DNA of 54,297 nucleotides from an uncultured Spirochaetaceae bacterium. GTDB taxonomy: Bacteria; Spirochaetota; Spirochaetia; DSM-27196; SKKC01. The DNA is taken from contig CAZMEV010000007.1 in assembly GCA_964565375.1 (NCBI GenBank), positions 4,504 through 58,800 of the forward strand, read 5' to 3'. Positions within the stretch are counted from its first letter, which is position 1. Every line of letters begins with the position of its first letter. The notes below the pieces were generated by a model. That model saw nothing but the letters and a program-made list of their open reading frames with translations. It did no database searches and was not told where the DNA came from. This document shows, piece after piece, positions 25,569 to 34,320 of this stretch. The translations under genes were made by a program, and so were the position numbers.

Positions 25569-27020
25569 TTGAGTCTCAACTGGAAAGAAATAAATCAGGT
25601 TCTCGAGGAACTCCAACTTGAAGGGAGTCACATCCAGCAGATCCTTCAGCCCGATTTCAAACACCTCGTTCTTGAACTGTACCGCCGTTCAGGACGGACG
25701 GCACTGCTGATCAGCCTTGAACAGGGCGCAACGCGGCTGCATGAAACCCAGCGACGCTTTCGCAAGAACAACAGGACTCAGCGCTTTGAAGCCCTGTTGC
25801 GCTCGCGTATTCGCGGTGGGATTATTGAGACAGTCACGCACGTTGCAAACGACCGGATCCTGCGGTTTGATATCCGCCGCAGCGACGATAATCTCGTCCT
25901 CTGGATTCGATTGTGGGGAAGTGCGCCGAATGTAATGCTCTCGGACCAGGACGGAACGATTATTGATTGTTTTTTCCGCAGACCTAAACGCGGAGAGGCA
26001 TCCGGCTACACCTTCGACCCGGAAAAAGAAGTTGTTCGCGGGCAGAAAAGCGACCCGGACCGGTTTTCGGTGAGATCGTTCGGGGACTTCAATACGCTCA
26101 ACGAGGCAGTTGACCACGAGTATGGTGAAGCTCGGCGGCGGCGGGAACTTGAAAAGCTTCGGCGAGAGGCGGCGAAAGCACTTCGGGAGGCCGAAACCCG
26201 GCTGTCGGCGCGTGTTTCGGGCCTTCATACCAAATGGGATTCAAGTACACGCGCGGACAGCGACCGAAAATGCGGCGACCTGATTCTTGCAAATCTGTAT
26301 CGCATACAGGCGGGCGACTCAAAGCTCGTAGCCGAAGATTGGGAGCAGGAGGGAGCAACCATCGAAATTGCGCTCGATCCGTCGATGTCGCCGCAGCAGA
26401 ACGCCGAGCATTACTATGATCGTGCCCGGAAGCGTGACCGTGAACTGCAGAATATCGAACAACAGATTACCAATGCTGAAGAGGAGCTGTCGCAGATACG
26501 CGCCATGAGCGGGCAGCTCAATGAAATCGATGATCCGGCTACTCTCCGAGAGATAGCAGACCGGTACGGGAAACGTCGTCACGGCGGACAGAAGAAACCG
26601 GCTGATAAAGGATCGACTGTTCCCGGAATAACCGTCGGGCGCCAGGGCTTTACGATTCTCGTAGGTCGAAACGCGCGAGAAAACGATGAGCTTCTACGCC
26701 GGCACGCCCGCGGAAATGACTGGTGGATACATACCCGCGACTATGCCGGCGGTTATGTCTTTGTACGCACAAAGCCGGGAAAGACTATACCCCTTGAAGT
26801 CCTTCTCGATGCCGCTCAACTTGCCATCCGATACAGTAAAGCGCCACAGGCTTCCTCCGGAATCGACCTGTATTATACCCAGGTAAAACACCTTCGCAGG
26901 CCCAAGGATGGCCCTAAAGGGCTCGTTCTTCCCACAAAAGAGAAAAATTTGACCGTAGTACCGGATGAAGACCGCGTTCGCTCAATACTTTCCACGCCAC
27001 TCGATACCTCCAACCGTTGA
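25569..27020 (+). CDS. NFACT family protein (RqcH / FbpA-like, with DUF814)
   Basis: It has an NFACT-N-like N-terminus, a coiled-coil middle and an NFACT-R/DUF814 segment DWWIHTRDYAGGYVFVR. It uses a TTG start. Confidence 0.8.
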   Translation: MSLNWKEINQVLEELQLEGSHIQQILQPDFKHLVLELYRRSGRTALLISLEQGATRLHETQRRFRKNNRTQRFEALLRSRIRGGIIETVTHVANDRILRFDIRRSDDNLVLWIRLWGSAPNVMLSDQDGTIIDCFFRRPKRGEASGYTFDPEKEVVRGQKSDPDRFSVRSFGDFNTLNEAVDHEYGEARRRRELEKLRREAAKALREAETRLSARVSGLHTKWDSSTRADSDRKCGDLILANLYRIQAGDSKLVAEDWEQEGATIEIALDPSMSPQQNAEHYYDRARKRDRELQNIEQQITNAEEELSQIRAMSGQLNEIDDPATLREIADRYGKRRHGGQKKPADKGSTVPGITVGRQGFTILVGRNARENDELLRRHARGNDWWIHTRDYAGGYVFVRTKPGKTIPLEVLLDAAQLAIRYSKAPQASSGIDLYYTQVKHLRRPKDGPKGLVLPTKEKNLTVVPDEDRVRSILSTPLDTSNR

Positions 27021-27051
27021 ACAGTGACAAAAAATTCCAATACTTAGAGGT

Positions 27052-27885
27052 ATGGAGCCGCATCGCCCGCCGCTCATTCGCGAGGCTGTGCTCGACGGTA
27101 TCTTTTATCCGAACACTGCCTCACACTTGCAGGAGGCGGTACGGACGCTGCTTCTTCGCTGCGAAGAGGTCGCCGGGTGCGCCTCGGGCATAGTCAGTCC
27201 TCATGGAAGCCTGCAGTACTCGGGCCTGCATCAGGCGGCGGCATTCAAAAGCGCCGCTGCCCGCTCTCCACGACTGACCGTTATCATCGGATCGGCTACG
27301 CATGGGACATGCACCGCTCCGGTCGTTCCCGAATCCGACGTATTTCGCACACCAATGGGCGACAGCGCAGTAGACACGCGCCGGTGCGCGCACCTCGAGC
27401 GCATTACCGCCAAGGTCTTTCGAGATGATATTCCTCATCTACAGGCGCCGAGTATCGAAACGGCATTGCCGTTTATTCAGTTCCTTTTTCCCGATACCGT
27501 TCTGTTTCCAGTACTTGTTACGAATCTTACCAGAAGTCACTGTCTCGAGCTTGCGCTTGCACTTCGAACAGTTACGGCGGACTGCCCGGAAGACGACATT
27601 CTCTGGGTCTGCTCGAGCAATGTGGCGCGCGGTGGTAATTCCCGAACAACCCGCGCAAAGGCAGATACCCTTATTGCCCGTCTTGAGGCCGGAAATGCCT
27701 GCAGCAGTCTTCCAACAGCACGGCGGGGACGCGGCTACCCTTCAGCCACCTGTCTGACGCTGCTGCAGAGTGTCTGCCCCCCGCAATCGAACTTCGAAGT
27801 CCTTACCCGTGGGTCGAGTTTCGACATCGATGCGAACAGCGGCTCGAGTACAGAATATGCCGCAGTCGCCTGCCGCCGGCTTTGA
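27052..27885 (+). CDS. Memo-like protein (AmmeMemoRadiSam system protein B family)
   Basis: IVSPHGSLQYSG (compare PHAGYxYSG), FRTPMGDSAVD and ETALPFIQFLFP fit the family. The usual EHS motif is replaced by APS. Confidence 0.7.
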   Translation: MEPHRPPLIREAVLDGIFYPNTASHLQEAVRTLLLRCEEVAGCASGIVSPHGSLQYSGLHQAAAFKSAAARSPRLTVIIGSATHGTCTAPVVPESDVFRTPMGDSAVDTRRCAHLERITAKVFRDDIPHLQAPSIETALPFIQFLFPDTVLFPVLVTNLTRSHCLELALALRTVTADCPEDDILWVCSSNVARGGNSRTTRAKADTLIARLEAGNACSSLPTARRGRGYPSATCLTLLQSVCPPQSNFEVLTRGSSFDIDANSGSSTEYAAVACRRL

Positions 27886-27917
27886 CACGCGCCTTGCTGC
27901 GGGCGCATTATATCAGT

Positions 27918-29396
27918 ATGAACGTGATATCGCTCACTCGCGGTTTTGTAAAGATTGAACGCGACAACCGGGAGTTCCTCGGCGTTGCAACCGGCGTGCG
28001 AGGTGGCAGTTTCGCAGTGCGGAAACTCTCTCAGGGAACCAACGTCCATGGCTGGATCATTCGTAACGGCAGCGTTGAACGGTGGGCTACATCCGGACTC
28101 ACAGAACATTCCGGTTCCGTCTATGTCTATGGCCCATGGGTTTCCGGATATCCCCTTCGCGATGCAATCGAACGTGAGACGGACACGGCTCTTGAAGCAC
28201 TTGAGCGTCTCGCAACGGCACTTCAAACCGCAGAACAGCACGATATAGTTCCTTCCTACCTTCATCTGCGCGGGGTACTGCTTCTTGAAGACGGAGGCGT
28301 ACTGCTGCTTCCGCAAAGCGTCGTTGATTCGATCCGTGATCAGCAGGATGAAGAAGACCTACGCAACGAATTCGACTATTTCAACCACCCCGACGAGCGA
28401 GGACCTGCGAACATCTCCTTCGCCATCGCGGCCCTCTCGTACCGCATCATAACCGGTACATGGCCCTTCGACGTGGATGATGAGGCTGACCGTCACACCA
28501 TGGTAAGGGAACAGAGCCTTCTGGAGCCGTCGCTCGTCAAACCGGAGATTCGTGAAGACGTTTCGGAGGTACTCTATCGAGCGCTCTCGAGCGAGCAGAC
28601 TCCCGGCTTCGAAGAGTGGTCGCCGCTGCTGCATGAGTGGCGAGCAGGCGGCTTCACCCGGGAGCTTTCTGAAGAGGAACGATCCCGGATTCTGGCGCGT
28701 CGAGAACAGAAACGAAAGCAAATGTTTCAACAGTTCACAAGGCGCGAGAAGGTGCGTAAGCACTGGAAGCAGGCACTTGTCGTAATTGTCGCTGTAATCG
28801 TTGTCGGAACCATTCCCGGAACCATGATAAGCAACCACCTTGCACCGCGTGAGACTGCCGGTTTCAGCGCCGAGGAGGTCGTCCGCGCCTTCTATGAGGC
28901 TCAGAACGAGCTGGATCATGAGCTCATGGAAGATGCAACCATTGACGGCGCCGCATCCGACCGTATTCGTGAGGCTGTTAACCTTTTTGTAATATCGCGG
29001 ATGCGAATGAGTGTCGAGTTCGATCCGGGCATTGTAAATGCCGCAGAGTGGGACGCAGAAGGCCGGCCACCCATCCCGGAAGGTTCGTGGCTCTACGGAA
29101 TTACCGACCTGCAGATAGAACCGGTAGATCCAGAGGCGGACGGTGAGCGCGCTTTTCTGGTGAGATTCGAACGGTGGCGGCCGGACGAGCCTCCCGAGGA
29201 TGCCGCAGAGGAAATTGAGCCGGACGATGACCTGTCCGCACACAGCGATGTATCGGGCGTTCTTCAGGAGGAACTCGTTCGCCTGCGTCAGGACGGCGAT
29301 GACTGGGTAATCTACTCCATCGAAGGGGTCTCGCGCCGGCCGATCGACTACGAGATCGAGTTCGAAGAAACCGAAGACCAACCCCTGACGCCCTGA
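27918..29396 (+). CDS. membrane-anchored kinase-like (pseudokinase) protein
   Basis: Its kinase C-lobe-like pattern is SYLHLRGVLLLEDGGVLLLPQS...ISFAIAALSYRIITGTWPF. No HRD Asp, DFG or glycine loop is visible. A TM helix (ALVVIVAVIVVGTIPGTMI) and a roughly 170-aa C-terminal domain follow. Confidence 0.55.
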   Translation: MNVISLTRGFVKIERDNREFLGVATGVRGGSFAVRKLSQGTNVHGWIIRNGSVERWATSGLTEHSGSVYVYGPWVSGYPLRDAIERETDTALEALERLATALQTAEQHDIVPSYLHLRGVLLLEDGGVLLLPQSVVDSIRDQQDEEDLRNEFDYFNHPDERGPANISFAIAALSYRIITGTWPFDVDDEADRHTMVREQSLLEPSLVKPEIREDVSEVLYRALSSEQTPGFEEWSPLLHEWRAGGFTRELSEEERSRILARREQKRKQMFQQFTRREKVRKHWKQALVVIVAVIVVGTIPGTMISNHLAPRETAGFSAEEVVRAFYEAQNELDHELMEDATIDGAASDRIREAVNLFVISRMRMSVEFDPGIVNAAEWDAEGRPPIPEGSWLYGITDLQIEPVDPEADGERAFLVRFERWRPDEPPEDAAEEIEPDDDLSAHSDVSGVLQEELVRLRQDGDDWVIYSIEGVSRRPIDYEIEFEETEDQPLTP

Positions 29397-29415
29397 AGGA
29401 CTGGATCCGTAACAC

Positions 29416-30321
29416 ATGGATGAGCGGCTTAATCGTCTGTGCTCAGAGCTTCGCTCTACCGATGATGTCGACGGCGTCACAATGCATATCGACGAAGCCG
29501 AGCGGTTCTTCCTCCGATTGCCGGACCCAGTGGACGTGCCGTCTTTTTCGATCCACCATAATATCAAGGCCGATCGCCCCTCGGAACACTATCGCGACAG
29601 CCTCCTCGAGTTTGTAGAGCAGATTTCCCGGCAGCTGCCAAGCCTGCTCGCAGGGCTCAGCTACGTTTTTGATCCACGCTACGTGTTCGCTCCAGCTTTT
29701 GTCCGGACTGAGGACGTCGAGGGGATTCCAATCCTGATACGAGTCCAGATTGACCTGGGTGTACCTCCCAGACGTGATTCGGTGATACGTTCGGCCTCCA
29801 ACGATGCAACCGCGCGTTACCTGACCCGCGACATTTATGTGGATATAGACGTATTGCCGGCTCGTCGTATGTCCGGCGCATCTTCCGGGATTCGACGCCT
29901 TGTTGACGACACATGGATTGGCGAAACCGGCCGTGGGTACATTGCCCAGGGAATCTGGATGGACCGTGATCTCTCCAGGTTCTTCTCAGGCCTCGTTGAA
30001 CCCGACACCCACAGCCTGTACCCATATCTGCCGTTTTCCTGCAGGTTTCGAAGTATTTCCCATCGCCCTCCGGGTTGGACTACCACGGACATGCGTGCCG
30101 CTGCAGAGCGTCTGACAGCCCTGCACGAGATACTCACCCCAGCGATCGATGATATAACCGGTATTCTTCGAACAGAGGCGTTTTCCAGGTCTCACCATAC
30201 GTTCAGACGCTTACGTGAGACGGTTCCTCCATGGATACCGAAATCGCTCGAGACAATCCGGGTCCACCCGTACCTGCGGGAGGACGCCCGCAAGGAGTAT
30301 TATATTGAACGATCTGCATAA
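29416..30321 (+). CDS. hypothetical protein
   Basis: 301-aa ORF with ordinary composition and no recognisable motif. It overlaps the murD start by 17 nt. Confidence 0.5.
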   Translation: MDERLNRLCSELRSTDDVDGVTMHIDEAERFFLRLPDPVDVPSFSIHHNIKADRPSEHYRDSLLEFVEQISRQLPSLLAGLSYVFDPRYVFAPAFVRTEDVEGIPILIRVQIDLGVPPRRDSVIRSASNDATARYLTRDIYVDIDVLPARRMSGASSGIRRLVDDTWIGETGRGYIAQGIWMDRDLSRFFSGLVEPDTHSLYPYLPFSCRFRSISHRPPGWTTTDMRAAAERLTALHEILTPAIDDITGILRTEAFSRSHHTFRRLRETVPPWIPKSLETIRVHPYLREDARKEYYIERSA

Positions 30322-31594
30322 TGCCCGCGTTACCGTCCTTGGGCTTGGATTGCACGGTGGAGGTGTTGAAACAGTACGATTTCTCGCCGCCGCCGGAGCA
30401 CGCGTAACCGTTACGGACATGAAGCCTGCCCATAAGCTCAAAGCGTCTATCGAGGCCATCAAGGGACTGGCGGAACACGAACGGTATGGTGGACATGATC
30501 CGGAAGACCTCCGAAACGCGGATATTGTTGTAAAGAATCCGGCTATTCCCCGTGACGCTCCGATTCTCGATTATGCCCGTCGTATCGAAACCGACATATC
30601 ACTGTTCCTGCACTATGTGCGCGGGCCTCTGATCGCGGTGACCGGAAGCAAGGGTAAGAGCAGTGTAACCGCGCTCATTCATCGCGGTCTGGCAAGCCGT
30701 AGCCCGGATGCGGTCCTCGGAGGCAACATTACGCTCAGCCCGCTGCCGGCGATTTCGAAGCTGACACACACTACGCCGGTGGCCCTTGAACTCAGTTCAT
30801 TCCAGCTCGGCGACCTTGCTCTTTGCCAAAGTGTGCGTACAGGCCAGGTACGATTGAATCCCGATATAGCCGTTATTACAAGCATATTTCCCGATCACCA
30901 GAATTACTATCGCGGTGACATGGAAGCGTATGTACGTGATAAAGAAGTCATTTTTTCGGACCTGGACAAGGATAACACCCTTGTACTCGGCTGTGACGAG
31001 CCATGGGCAAGCCGTTTCGAGTCAGCGTGCAGTGCGACCGTTGTGCGCGTACAGAGCCGGCATACCGGCCCCGATCGGAATCGCGACATAGCCGAAGCAG
31101 CATTGTCGGCTCTCGGACATACCAGAGAGTCCGTTGCCGAGGCACTCGACACGTTTGAGGGACTCCCTCATCGACTCGAGTATGTGGCCACCAGAGATGG
31201 GTGCCGTTACTACAACGACAGCGCCGCCACTGTTCCTCAGGCAACCGCGGCAGCACTCGCTCACTTTCCGAGCGAACATACCGTTCTCATAACCGGGGGC
31301 ACGGATAAACAACTTGACCTCACCGGCTTCGCTCACTCAGCAGCAAAGGCAAAGGCCATCGTGCTGCTTGCAGGCAGCGCAACGGAACGGATGCAGCTGG
31401 AACTCGACCTCTCGTCGGTTGCATATCACGGCCCGTTTCATTCACTCCGGGAGGCCCTGCACTCAGCAGCATCGCTTGCCGATCACGGAGATGCTGTCGT
31501 GTTTTCTCCCGGCGCGGCAAGCTTTGAACTGTTCGAGAACGAGTTTGATCGCGGACGCCAGTTCAAAACACTCGTCTCCAACCTTGGCGCCTGA
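30305..31594 (+). CDS. murD: UDP-N-acetylmuramoylalanine--D-glutamate ligase
   Basis: VTVLGLGLHGGG Rossmann N-terminus, VTGSKGKSS P-loop and YNDSAAT are present. The TTG at 30305 gives a typical MurD N-terminus; the maximal ORF starts at 30215. Confidence 0.88.
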   Translation: MNDLHNARVTVLGLGLHGGGVETVRFLAAAGARVTVTDMKPAHKLKASIEAIKGLAEHERYGGHDPEDLRNADIVVKNPAIPRDAPILDYARRIETDISLFLHYVRGPLIAVTGSKGKSSVTALIHRGLASRSPDAVLGGNITLSPLPAISKLTHTTPVALELSSFQLGDLALCQSVRTGQVRLNPDIAVITSIFPDHQNYYRGDMEAYVRDKEVIFSDLDKDNTLVLGCDEPWASRFESACSATVVRVQSRHTGPDRNRDIAEAALSALGHTRESVAEALDTFEGLPHRLEYVATRDGCRYYNDSAATVPQATAAALAHFPSEHTVLITGGTDKQLDLTGFAHSAAKAKAIVLLAGSATERMQLELDLSSVAYHGPFHSLREALHSAASLADHGDAVVFSPGAASFELFENEFDRGRQFKTLVSNLGA

Positions 31595-31700
31595 GTTCGC
31601 AGCACGTGAATGAGTTCGCAGCACGTGAATGAGTTCGCAGCACGTGAATGAATTCGCAGCGCGTGAATCCCGAGCGCCCGAATCCCCGGCACGTGAACAC
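31592..31700. repeat. 19-bp tandem repeat, 4 copies plus degenerate tail, each with a CACGTG-type core
   Basis: tgagttcgcagcacgtgaa occurs at 31592, 31611 and 31630, with a variant at 31649, followed by a degenerate ...ggcacgtgaac. The first copy starts at the murD stop codon. Confidence 0.9.
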
Positions 31701-31793
31701 GCCACCTTCCTGCAGAAAGTGCCTTGACCTCGAGAGCCAACAACGGATAGGCATGTGGGGAGACTTCTAACCAAGGGGGGCAATACGACGCCT

Positions 31794-33002
31794 ATGCAGC
31801 GCTACACGCGCGATTTTCTCCGTGAGATTCCAAAGACCGACCTGCATGTTCATCTCGACGGAAGCCTGAGGCTTTCCACGCTCATTGAGCTTGCAAAGGA
31901 CCAGAATATTGAATTGCCGAGCTTCACCGAGTCCGGCCTTATTGAAACGGTGTTCAAACGAAGTTATCAGAACCTCGATGAGTATCTTGCCGGTTTCAAA
32001 TGGACGACTTCGGTTCTGCAGACCGCAGAGGCGCTCGAACGGGTCGCCTATGAGCTTGCAATCGACAACTTCACCGAAGGTGTTCGATACTTCGAAGTTC
32101 GATTCGCGCCGCAGCTTAACATTACCCGCACGCTCTCCTTCGAAGAAGTCATGCACGCGGTTGACCGCGGACTGAAAACCGCGACCGCCGAAATGAACCG
32201 GACCATCGAAGGGGATGAGCCTCCCTATGACTACGGCATCATTGTCTGCGCGATGCGGTTTTTCAACGAACAGTTCTCGCAGTATTTCGCTGATCTCATT
32301 CATGTACTTCGCTTCAGCACGCTGCAGGAAGTCATTCAGCGAGCAAGCCTCGAACTGGCTAAGGCGACCGTAGCACTTACGGAGACAACCGATGTGAAGG
32401 TCGTTGGATTTGACCTCGCCGGCAGCGAACGGGGAAATCCCGCTGGAGCTCATCGTGCCGCTTATGAGTATGCGCACAAGCATTTTCTCAGGAAGACCGT
32501 GCACGCCGGCGAAGCCTATGGACCTGAATCCATATTCCAGGCTATCACCAAACTGCACGCCGACCGCATAGGACACGGAATGCACCTGTTCGATCACGAC
32601 ATGATCGAAAGCGAAGATATACCCGACCGGAAGGAATACTGTGAGCAACTGGCCGACTATATTGCGGAAAACCGAACAACTATAGAAGTCTGCCTGACCA
32701 GCAACCTGCAGACATCCCCACACATCGGCAGCGTAGCCAACCATTCACTGGCCACCATGCTCGACCACCGGCTTTCGGTAACGCTGTGCACCGACAATCG
32801 TCTGGTCAGCCATACTACAGTAACCGATGAGATTGCACTTGCTACGGACAACATCGATATTTCACCAAACCAGCTGAAAAACATGATTATTTACGGATTC
32901 AAGAGATCGTTTTTCTACGGATCATACTCGGAGAAACGTGCATACGTGCGGAAGATTATCGACTACTACGAGCAGGTTGCCGCACGTCACGGTATCGAGT
33001 AG
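31794..33002 (+). CDS. add: adenosine deaminase
   Basis: HVHLDGSLR, TVHAGEAYG and LCTDN metal/catalytic motifs are present. The ATG at 31794 follows an AAGGGGGG RBS; a GTG at 31755 is an alternative start. Confidence 0.88.
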   Translation: MQRYTRDFLREIPKTDLHVHLDGSLRLSTLIELAKDQNIELPSFTESGLIETVFKRSYQNLDEYLAGFKWTTSVLQTAEALERVAYELAIDNFTEGVRYFEVRFAPQLNITRTLSFEEVMHAVDRGLKTATAEMNRTIEGDEPPYDYGIIVCAMRFFNEQFSQYFADLIHVLRFSTLQEVIQRASLELAKATVALTETTDVKVVGFDLAGSERGNPAGAHRAAYEYAHKHFLRKTVHAGEAYGPESIFQAITKLHADRIGHGMHLFDHDMIESEDIPDRKEYCEQLADYIAENRTTIEVCLTSNLQTSPHIGSVANHSLATMLDHRLSVTLCTDNRLVSHTTVTDEIALATDNIDISPNQLKNMIIYGFKRSFFYGSYSEKRAYVRKIIDYYEQVAARHGIE

Positions 33003-33053
33003 CGCAGGCTGCAGTCGCGGTTTAACCGGCACCCTGCCTGACGTCACAAGGAA

Positions 33054-33117
33054 CGGCTGGATATTCGGCGCCCGGGCGCAGCGCGATCGGCGGGTCGGCT
33101 GGCTATTCGGCGCCCGG
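33054..33117. repeat. 42-bp direct repeat, 2 copies
   Basis: cggctgg(a/c)tattcggcgcccgg occurs at 33054 and 33096. It lies between the convergent add and femAB-like genes. Confidence 0.75.
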
Positions 33118-33178
33118 CCATACCACCATCGGCAGCTGACCTGCTGCGGTCGGGCTCCCGCTCCGGCTCAAAGGTCGC

Positions 33179-34291
33179 TTATCGTTTCTTCAAGCGCTTG
33201 AAATAGAAGTTCCGGAGTCGTTCGGCACTTCGGAATGCCCGTGCGGTGACCGGACGCATGACCGCATCCACCGTGCCGGGATAGGTGACAATGCTGCCTC
33301 CGAAGCCGGTCTTGAACCTGTAGAGCCCGTGCATCGGGTGACCGGAGTCTTCAGCAGGTGGTATGCCGTACATGTCGTAGACCGTACATCCGGCATGCCG
33401 GGCACGTTGTATCGCCGCCCACTGCAGGGCATAGGCCGGCATGAGGTTGCGCTTGAAACTGGCGCTTGCACCGAACACGTAGGTAGCCCGTGTGCCCATA
33501 CGGGCGGTTATTATGCCTGCGATAAAGTCGCCATCGTGCTCGGCTACCAGCAGGTCTACACCGGGGCCGGCGCCGCGATGCCACGCGTGCTCAATAAAAT
33601 CGCGGTAGTAATCCTCTGAGTGTATGGCGATCTTATCCCGCTTCGCCGTTTCTTCGTACAGCGTGTACCAGCGCGATATATCCCGGTCAAAGCTTTGCCC
33701 GGTACTCGCGCGTACTGTCACATCCCGCTTCGCCGCCAGTCGGATGTTATACCGCCACTTTGACTTCATGTCAGCGAGAATTTCTTCTTCGGACCGGGCA
33801 ATATCTATTAAAACTGTGGTCGGAGGCTGCACATCCACAGCACCGGGCAGGAGACACCGGGAGGCCGCAGCACAGGCACGCGACAGCTCTTGCGGTGACT
33901 CACCAGCCGATGACTGTTGAACCCGCACACGGGGGTCAAAGCGAACCATAAAGGTCCGCGACGGGAGAAACGATGAAATCCGGCTGGAGAGTTGCGATAT
34001 AAGCGCCGCGAGAAGCTCGGGATGCACCTCCGGGGTTTCATCCTGCCCACCCGCCGGTAGCGAACGCAGCAGACGCTCGTCGGGCGCATGCGGGACGTAG
34101 GCGAGCGTCATACCGCCTTTGAACTCACGGGTCAGAACCAGGAGTGTTATGCCCGATTCGGTATCCTGAAACGCAAGAGGGCGCCACCCGTACCGCTTTT
34201 TGAATCCCGCCCAGAACGCGCTCTGAAGCAGATTATCTCCGGGGTCGAGGTCCTGGACATCTATCGGCTCAAGCGTTCCAATGCGGGACAC
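33179..34291 (-). CDS. FemAB-family peptidoglycan interpeptide-bridge aminoacyltransferase
   Basis: 370 aa. LLQSAFWAGFKKRYGW, AYALQWAAIQRARHAGCTVYDMYGIPP and GLYRFKTGFGG are typical of FemAB / lipid II:glycine glycyltransferase proteins. Confidence 0.8.
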   Translation of the reverse strand: MSRIGTLEPIDVQDLDPGDNLLQSAFWAGFKKRYGWRPLAFQDTESGITLLVLTREFKGGMTLAYVPHAPDERLLRSLPAGGQDETPEVHPELLAALISQLSSRISSFLPSRTFMVRFDPRVRVQQSSAGESPQELSRACAAASRCLLPGAVDVQPPTTVLIDIARSEEEILADMKSKWRYNIRLAAKRDVTVRASTGQSFDRDISRWYTLYEETAKRDKIAIHSEDYYRDFIEHAWHRGAGPGVDLLVAEHDGDFIAGIITARMGTRATYVFGASASFKRNLMPAYALQWAAIQRARHAGCTVYDMYGIPPAEDSGHPMHGLYRFKTGFGGSIVTYPGTVDAVMRPVTARAFRSAERLRNFYFKRLKKR

Positions 34292-34320
34292 GCCGTCTTC
34301 CTTGCCGGGCAGGCGCCCGG

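Noticed and set aside
28359-29567. 402-aa minus-strand ORF, and likewise 31767..32744 antisense to add
   Set aside because: Both are antisense to better-supported plus-strand ORFs, with low-complexity, R-rich composition.
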